Shown here one piece after another: positions 56,157 to 61,369 of a DNA stretch of 61,369 nt. The first letter of the stretch is position 1; each line of letters opens with the position of its first letter. Source of the DNA: a virus (lineage: Duplodnaviria > Caudoviricetes); IMG/VR virus record IMGVR_UViG_3300045912_000939, positions 1 through 61,369 of that record; one strand, given 5' to 3'. A program made the position numbers and the translations under genes. The notes under the pieces were generated by a model. It was not told the origin of the DNA. It did not search any database and saw only the letters and a program-made list of their open reading frames with translations.

Positions 56157-57244
56157 TGTCTTCCTCCATTGCCATCGGCAAAAGGCGAAAAGAGTTGCCC
56201 GCTGAGTGCAGCGACGGTGCGTGGGCTGAGCCATAGGCACTCGATGCGCGAACCGGAACGCCCGGTTGAGAGCTCTCGTTGTGTCTCGACCCGCGTCCAG
56301 CCGTACCGCTCGAGGAAGCGCTCGTAAAGCGTCGAGCGATACCCGCTGAGGACGACATAACCCTCAAGCCCTCGCGCGCAATGGCACAGCAGCCGGTGCT
56401 GCGCCTCGCTCAGCACGTGGGCGTAGGCTGCCCGCCCATGGCCGGTGCTCAGTGTCGCCGCCAGGTACGGAGGATCGAGGTAGAAGAGCGTGTTCGGGGA
56501 GTCGTAGCGCTTGAGGATGGCGTAGGCATCGTCGTGCTCGAGCTGTACCCCGCGCAGTCTCCCCGCGACCTCGAACAGGTGCTCGAGCCTGCCGGGTTCG
56601 CTCCACAAGACACAGGAGGGTTTCCAGGTCACGCGCTTCTCGTAGCGCCAGAGGTTCTTGGCGTCCGTGCGCCCCATGCCGACACCGATGGCTTGCCACG
56701 AGCGCACGAAGAAGCGCCTTGCCGCCTCGAGCGGCGGAAGTTCGGCAAGATCGGCGAAGCGAGCTGCCACGTACTCCTCTCGGGACCAGGGTGTCAGCTC
56801 GAGCTGGCGAACGAGCTCGTCAGGCTGTTCCCGGAGGACGCGAAAGAAGTTCACCACCTCGCCACTGATGTCGTTGTAGGTCTCCAGGGCGCTGCGAGGC
56901 TTCTGCAACAAGACGGCCGCCCCGCCGCCGAAGGGTTCCACATAGTGCTCGTGCGGCGGGAAGTGGCGAATGATCCAGTCCGCCACGAGCCATTTTCCGC
57001 CGTGATACCTGAGGGCCGGGCGCCGCGGCTTTGCCTGGTGCGCGGTAGGAAGCTGAATCACCGCTGCGCGCGCGTGGGCGTCGCGCTCGGTGCGTAATTC
57101 ATATGGCGCGCGAGGCGCCCAGGTGCCTCGGATCCCGATGCGGCGCAGGAGCCGAACCACGTGCATGGCCTCTTGAGGCGTGTCGGTACGGCAGACGATG
57201 GGAAAGGCGCCAGGGCGACCGCGTTTACTGGGGCGGTGGATCAT
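56153..57244 (-). CDS. Dam-like (D12) adenine methyltransferase
   Basis: RYHGGK, YVEPFGGG, YLDPPY. Confidence 0.9.
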   Translation of the reverse strand: MIHRPSKRGRPGAFPIVCRTDTPQEAMHVVRLLRRIGIRGTWAPRAPYELRTERDAHARAAVIQLPTAHQAKPRRPALRYHGGKWLVADWIIRHFPPHEHYVEPFGGGAAVLLQKPRSALETYNDISGEVVNFFRVLREQPDELVRQLELTPWSREEYVAARFADLAELPPLEAARRFFVRSWQAIGVGMGRTDAKNLWRYEKRVTWKPSCVLWSEPGRLEHLFEVAGRLRGVQLEHDDAYAILKRYDSPNTLFYLDPPYLAATLSTGHGRAAYAHVLSEAQHRLLCHCARGLEGYVVLSGYRSTLYERFLERYGWTRVETQRELSTGRSGSRIECLWLSPRTVAALSGQLFSPFADGNGGRQ

Positions 57245-58005
57245 CGACCGAACGCCTCCTCGGCAGTCGGCGCGTCTCGCTCGTCGATGCGTCCGCCCTG
57301 CAGTCCACGCGCCGGCGATGCACGACCAGGTTGCCGGCTTGCCAGCGCCGCCTGTCGCAATCGCGCAAGCTCCCGTTTGGTGAGTTTCGTCAGTTCGCGG
57401 ACGTCCCGACCGCAAACCTGCCGGACGAAGGGGTGGAGGTCTTGCGGTCGGATGCCGTTCGCTACCATCTCCTTGAAGAACGCGCTGGCGTCGTCGGGTG
57501 TCACCATCTCGCCGTCGTCTGCATCCCGGGGCGGGCAGGGTTCGTTTGCCGCTGCCACGGGGGCCGTGGGCTCGAGTGCCAGCTCCTCGCGCCGCTTGCC
57601 GCCCATGAAGCGCACCAGTGTGACGTACTCGATCTCGCCGTCGCTCGGCTCGCGCACGTGAGGCGGATCGGAAGGCTTAGCGCCCCGCGAGTACTTGATG
57701 GTTTCAGGGTAGGTGTAGTGCTTGGTGGTGGTGGCTGGCACCTCGCGTCGTTTCCACACGCGTCCCCGGCAATAAACGCAAGTCTCGCCGCTCTCGTTGG
57801 TAAACAGGCGCGCGCCCAGGATGCTCCAGTCGAAGTCGTATTCGTTGTCGAAGGGGAACTTAAACCCGCGCTCCGGTATGGGAACGTCGCAGTACCAGCC
57901 GCGCCTGCCGTAGCGCTTGACGGTCTCCAAAAGGCTGTCGGCGGTGCAGGGCACCGAGACGCTCAAGCCCAGGTCGGTGACCATGTTGACGTATAAGGTT
58001 TCCAT
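57241..58005 (-). CDS. ddrB: DdrB-family ssDNA-binding/annealing protein with C-terminal extension
   Basis: TDLG..YGRRGW..FPFDNEYDFDWSILGAR..IKYSRGAKPSDPPHVRE..DGEIEYVTL..GGKR matches Deinococcus DdrB as I recall it. Confidence 0.88.
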   Translation of the reverse strand: METLYVNMVTDLGLSVSVPCTADSLLETVKRYGRRGWYCDVPIPERGFKFPFDNEYDFDWSILGARLFTNESGETCVYCRGRVWKRREVPATTTKHYTYPETIKYSRGAKPSDPPHVREPSDGEIEYVTLVRFMGGKRREELALEPTAPVAAANEPCPPRDADDGEMVTPDDASAFFKEMVANGIRPQDLHPFVRQVCGRDVRELTKLTKRELARLRQAALASRQPGRASPARGLQGGRIDERDAPTAEEAFGR

Positions 58006-58361
58006 TAGGCGTCCTCGTCAGGCTCCAGGCCACGCCAACGCAGGTTGCCGGACGCGACGCTGTGCCCGAGCGCGTAACCAATAACGCCAGCGAGCAGAAT
58101 GAGGACGACGATGCTAGTAACCATGCGGGCCTCCGAATAGCCAGTCGCACACCGCGGCGATGGCGATGATCGCCAGGGATGGTGCCCAGAGAACGATGGC
58201 GGTCCAGAGCATGAGCTCGAGCATGCTCATGGCAAGCACCTTGCCGATCTTGGGAGCGCGTGCAACGGCCCTGTCCTGAGCGAAGCGAACGGAACACCAT
58301 CCACCTCGCGAGGGGTGGCTGGCCTGTCGCCAAGCGATGGGGTTTGCGGTATAGTCATGCT

Positions 58362-58449
58362 GGTCGTCCTTTCTCCCGGCACGCCCGCCTGTTGGAAGCG
58401 GATCGGGGCTGAGAATCCTGGTCGCTGCCGGCGGCCAGGGTTTTTCTTT
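58362..58449 (+). ncRNA. Putative antisense sRNA to early-left operon
   Basis: TCGCCA-N17-TATAGT (58327-58355), hairpin CCTGGTCGC..GCGGCCAGG + T-run (58417-58449); covers RBS of a minus-strand ORF. Confidence 0.5.
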
Positions 58450-58469
58450 CCGGGCATGAACCCGGCCCG

Positions 58470-58853
58470 CTAGTTCCCCGAAGGGAACGGTTGGGTAAAC
58501 GCGGCGCCGATAGCGTCGTGACGCTCGGCGTCGTGGCGGTGCATCACGCGGCGCTTCCACGCGACCACGGAGTCCGGATCGATCAACCACGGGGACTTGG
58601 GTCTATCGGGGTTCTGGCGCACGGCATGAATCTCGCCGCTGGCGATGAGCGCACGCACCTGGTCGGCGGTGAAGCGGGGAGAGATGAACGCAGCGGCTTG
58701 TTCGGTGTCCCAGAAGAGGGTGCCGTGAGGCATCCCGCCGCGCAGCTCCTCGCGCACTTGCTCGCGAACGATGGACGCCACTTCGGCTTTTAGGTGCTCT
58801 AGGAGCGCCCCCAGGAGCTGCTCGAGCGGTGCCTTGCCGGCGTACTCAGCCAT
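58470..58853 (-). CDS. Excisionase-like HTH protein
   Basis: DTEQAAAFI..VRALIASGEIHAVR..WLID. Confidence 0.75.
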   Translation of the reverse strand: MAEYAGKAPLEQLLGALLEHLKAEVASIVREQVREELRGGMPHGTLFWDTEQAAAFISPRFTADQVRALIASGEIHAVRQNPDRPKSPWLIDPDSVVAWKRRVMHRHDAERHDAIGAAFTQPFPSGN

Positions 58854-59073
58854 GGTCGTCCCCCTCCCGCGAGGTAGAATTGAGACTTAAAGAGTCATAA
58901 TCTAGGTCAAGGTAATGGCATAGAACTTTGATGGTCGCCACGCGAGTCGAGCGTGCGTCGTTGAGAAAGTCGCCAATCGTTCGCTTCGACAAGCCCGTCA
59001 CGCCCGCCAGTTTTCGTGCGGAGAGGTTGCGCTTGCGCATCGCGTCCCTCACTGCGTCTCGAATATCGACCAT
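58846..59073 (-). CDS. Cro-like HTH regulator
   Basis: LSARKLAGVTGLSKRTIGDFL; divergent from CI. Confidence 0.85.
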   Translation of the reverse strand: MVDIRDAVRDAMRKRNLSARKLAGVTGLSKRTIGDFLNDARSTRVATIKVLCHYLDLDYDSLSLNSTSREGDDHG

Positions 59074-59078
59074 GCCTT

Positions 59079-59107
59079 AGTGTAAAGGTGGGACGATATT
59101 GTGTCAA
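59079..59107 (-). promoter_or_regulatory. Early promoter TTGACA-N17-TACACT, leaderless Cro
   Basis: Consensus boxes, ATG 5 nt after -10. Confidence 0.8.
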
Positions 59108-59204
59108 GGATTAGAGCAAAATATTAAGATGTCCACACCCAAGGCTTGTTCGCATTTCGGGTCAACATTGCTCCGCTTTGGGTCTATATGCTACCATCCG
59201 AGCA

Positions 59205-59993
59205 ATGACCGTTGGCGAGGCATCAATGCGAGGGTCGGTAGGAGCTGCACCTATGACCAAATCCAAAGCCGAGGAGCAGCGCGCCAAGAAGCTAGGCAAA
59301 TACGTGCAAGAGCGGCGCATGCAACTGGGCCTCAAACGCCCCGAGTTCATCGCTGAGATGGAGCGCCTCGGCGAAAGCATCACGGCCGATCACCTCGCGA
59401 AGCTCGAAGGAGGCCATCGCTACCTGCAAAACGCCGCCGTCAGCACGCGCGAGGCCATCCGCACCATTCTCAAGATCGATCCGGAAACCTGGTACAAGGA
59501 CACAGGGCTCTACGTCCCGACCGAAAGCAACGGAAGTAAGCCGGGCTTCCTCGAGCGGGTCGGCTACGAAGCGGACTTTAGCCTGGAGCTGCCAGCTTAC
59601 GGGTCTCTGGCCGCAGGCATCCACGGCTTCGAACATCAAGAGCACCCTGAGAGATTCATGCGCTTCGACCGCCGCGAGTTGCCTCAGGGCGTCAATCTGC
59701 GCAAGCTCTACGTCGTCAGGGTCAACGGCGACAGCATGTACCAGGAAAACATGCGTCGCCCCATCCCCGACGGCGCCTGGTTGGTGGTCGAAGCAGGCGC
59801 GGTACCGGCCGAGGGCAGCATCGTCGTGGCCTACATCCCTGAAAAGGAGATCGGTGTCGTCAAGGAGTACGCTAGAGTCGGCAACGACGTCGTGCTACGG
59901 AGCTTCAAGCGTGGCGGCCCCATGTTCTGGAGCAGCGAGTTCCCGGACATGCGCGTTCAGGGTGTCGTTCGCGCCGTGACCTACAAGGTGTAG
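59205..59993 (+). CDS. CI/LexA-like repressor (HTH + S24 peptidase)
   Basis: GSLAAG cleavage site, VNGDSM, VVKE; TACCAT-N7-ATG. Confidence 0.9.
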   Translation: MTVGEASMRGSVGAAPMTKSKAEEQRAKKLGKYVQERRMQLGLKRPEFIAEMERLGESITADHLAKLEGGHRYLQNAAVSTREAIRTILKIDPETWYKDTGLYVPTESNGSKPGFLERVGYEADFSLELPAYGSLAAGIHGFEHQEHPERFMRFDRRELPQGVNLRKLYVVRVNGDSMYQENMRRPIPDGAWLVVEAGAVPAEGSIVVAYIPEKEIGVVKEYARVGNDVVLRSFKRGGPMFWSSEFPDMRVQGVVRAVTYKV

Positions 59994-59995
59994 CA

Positions 59996-61369
59996 ATGCC
60001 TCGAGGACGGCGCACGCGCGGCCGGGCAGCAGGCGAGGGATCTATTCGCCGCCGCACCATCACGCGAAAAGACGGCAGCACCTACAAGCGTTACAGTGCC
60101 GTCATCACCATGGGCTGGATCGATGGCAAACAGAAGCAACGCGAGGGCCCTTTGCGCGCCACCGAAAAGGAGGCTCGCGACGACCTCAAGCAGATGCTCG
60201 AGGAGCGCGACGAGAGTGGCCTCAGCAATTATGCCACCATGACCCTCAGCCAGTATCTCGATTACTGGCTCGAGCAGCGCCAGCCGTACCTGGCCGAACG
60301 AAGCCACAGGAACTACCGGCTCGACAGCGAAAAGTACATCAAGCCTCGCATCGGCCACGTGCAAATGCGAGACCTGTCCCCAGTCGTGATTCAAGCGTGG
60401 CAGACCAAGCTCCTTAAGGACAAGACCCCGCACGTCGCCAAGCGCACGCGCGCTGCGCTCAGCGCGGCCCTCAGGCAAGCGGTGCATTGGCAGATCCTCA
60501 AGTACAACCTCATGGATGCAGTTCCGCCCGTCAAGCTCCCCGAGAAGAACCGCCGCCGCTGGACGTTGGCTGAGGTACGGCGCTTCTTGAAGGTCGCCGA
60601 GCCACACCCCCTGTACCCCCTCTTTTTGCTGACCCTGAACACCGGGTTGCGGATAGGGGAGGTTCGCGGACTCCGTTGGGGGGACATCGACGGCAACGTG
60701 ATGCGAGTCCGTCACCAGATTCAGGGTTACAGCGCAACCCCACGTTTCCTGGCACTGAAAACCAAAGGGAGCCGCCGCAACCTCACGTTACCTGCCGACG
60801 TTCTCTTCGCCCTTGCCCAACACCGCAAGCGGCAAGACGAGCGGCGGGCCTTAGCCGGCACGTTGTGGAGGGACTACGATTTGGTGTTCTGCACCGGCAT
60901 CGGCACGCCCCTTGGCCCGGACAAAATCTACGATGCTCTGGTCGAACTCATTCACCAGACCGTACGCGACGATCTCAACCAGATCATCAAGGACATAGCC
61001 GGCAAATCAAGCTTGACCTTACGGGATCTCGAGCGAACCTTCAAAGGCGTGTCCTCGCCAAAAGAGGAGACGGCTCGCAGTGCCGTGCATGCCCTCATCG
61101 ACATGGCGGCGGAGAAGCACGAGATCGACGCCGTGCGCCTTCATCAGCGTGTGGAGAACGCCGGCATTCGACGTATCCGCTTTCACGATTTGCGGCACAC
61201 AAACGCCAGCTTGCTGATCCGCATGACGGACGCCAAGACGGTATCCAAGCGCTTGGGCCACGCTGACTCCAGCATCACGCATCGAATCTACGTGCATGAG
61301 TTCGAAGATCAACTGGAAAAGTTCGCGCCTTCCATGGATGATCTCTTGGGCGGCAATGATGATCCCTAA
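59996..61369 (+). CDS. int: Tyrosine integrase
   Basis: GEGSI arm, TGLRIGE, HDLRHT, LGH, IYVH. Confidence 0.95.
   Translation: MPRGRRTRGRAAGEGSIRRRTITRKDGSTYKRYSAVITMGWIDGKQKQREGPLRATEKEARDDLKQMLEERDESGLSNYATMTLSQYLDYWLEQRQPYLAERSHRNYRLDSEKYIKPRIGHVQMRDLSPVVIQAWQTKLLKDKTPHVAKRTRAALSAALRQAVHWQILKYNLMDAVPPVKLPEKNRRRWTLAEVRRFLKVAEPHPLYPLFLLTLNTGLRIGEVRGLRWGDIDGNVMRVRHQIQGYSATPRFLALKTKGSRRNLTLPADVLFALAQHRKRQDERRALAGTLWRDYDLVFCTGIGTPLGPDKIYDALVELIHQTVRDDLNQIIKDIAGKSSLTLRDLERTFKGVSSPKEETARSAVHALIDMAAEKHEIDAVRLHQRVENAGIRRIRFHDLRHTNASLLIRMTDAKTVSKRLGHADSSITHRIYVHEFEDQLEKFAPSMDDLLGGNDDP

Larger units (their letters stand above)
1..61369. mobile_element. Temperate myovirus-type prophage (extends beyond window; att sites not seen)
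   Basis: Portal, capsid, sheath, tube, baseplate, terminase, lysis, replication, CI/Cro and integrase genes fill the window. Confidence 0.95.

Noticed and set aside
471-57996. Many long alternative-frame and antisense ORFs (e.g. 471..1472, 5588..6922, 22954..24549, 35094..36623, 47062..48468)
   Set aside because: Shadow ORFs of high-GC genes; Arg/Ala/Gly-rich, no motifs
59074-59205. DdrO-binding RDRM site controlling induction
   Set aside because: No convincing match to the 17-bp RDRM palindrome; CI has its own autocleavage residues
1-61369. CRISPR or other spacer arrays, reverse transcriptase/DGR, invertase shufflon, tRNA/rRNA
   Set aside because: No regularly spaced repeats, RT motifs, invertase or cloverleaf seen by eye; a scan could still find short elements

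Overview
This GC-rich window is almost entirely one large temperate myovirus-type prophage. The host is most likely Deinococcota (Truepera/Meiothermus-like), inferred from a clear DdrB homologue, many leaderless TANNNT-N5-7-ATG starts and strong CTCGAG enrichment. From left to right it holds: portal, MuF head protein and head-cargo genes; an inserted regulatory cassette (HTH repressor, DUF3102, BRO antirepressor, ParB); an IS200/IS605 element (tnpA+tnpB) abutting a truncated SNF2 helicase; a toxin/immunity-like pair; a leftward head-neck-sheath-tube module containing a TIR moron; a rightward tape-measure/baseplate module; a second short tape-measure paralogue; lysis genes; and a leftward early operon (Cro, Xis, DdrB, adenine MTase, Rep, DnaB, RuvC, ParB, terminase), then CI and a tyrosine integrase. 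att sites are not visible. The most notable unexplained structure: (1) a 14-copy non-canonical promoter, CTGACCC-N11-NANNNT, before late genes on both strands, with 11 copies giving leaderless starts; (2) two tape-measure paralogues with shared termini but different muralytic domains; (3) split copies of the repressor, namely a BRO protein fused to a copy of the CI HTH and a stand-alone S24 domain lacking catalytic residues; (4) a phage-borne DdrB in the recombinase slot; (5) a recurrent hydrophobic-x-K-A motif marking probable head-packaged cargo. All family calls come from reading motifs by eye, not from database searches.
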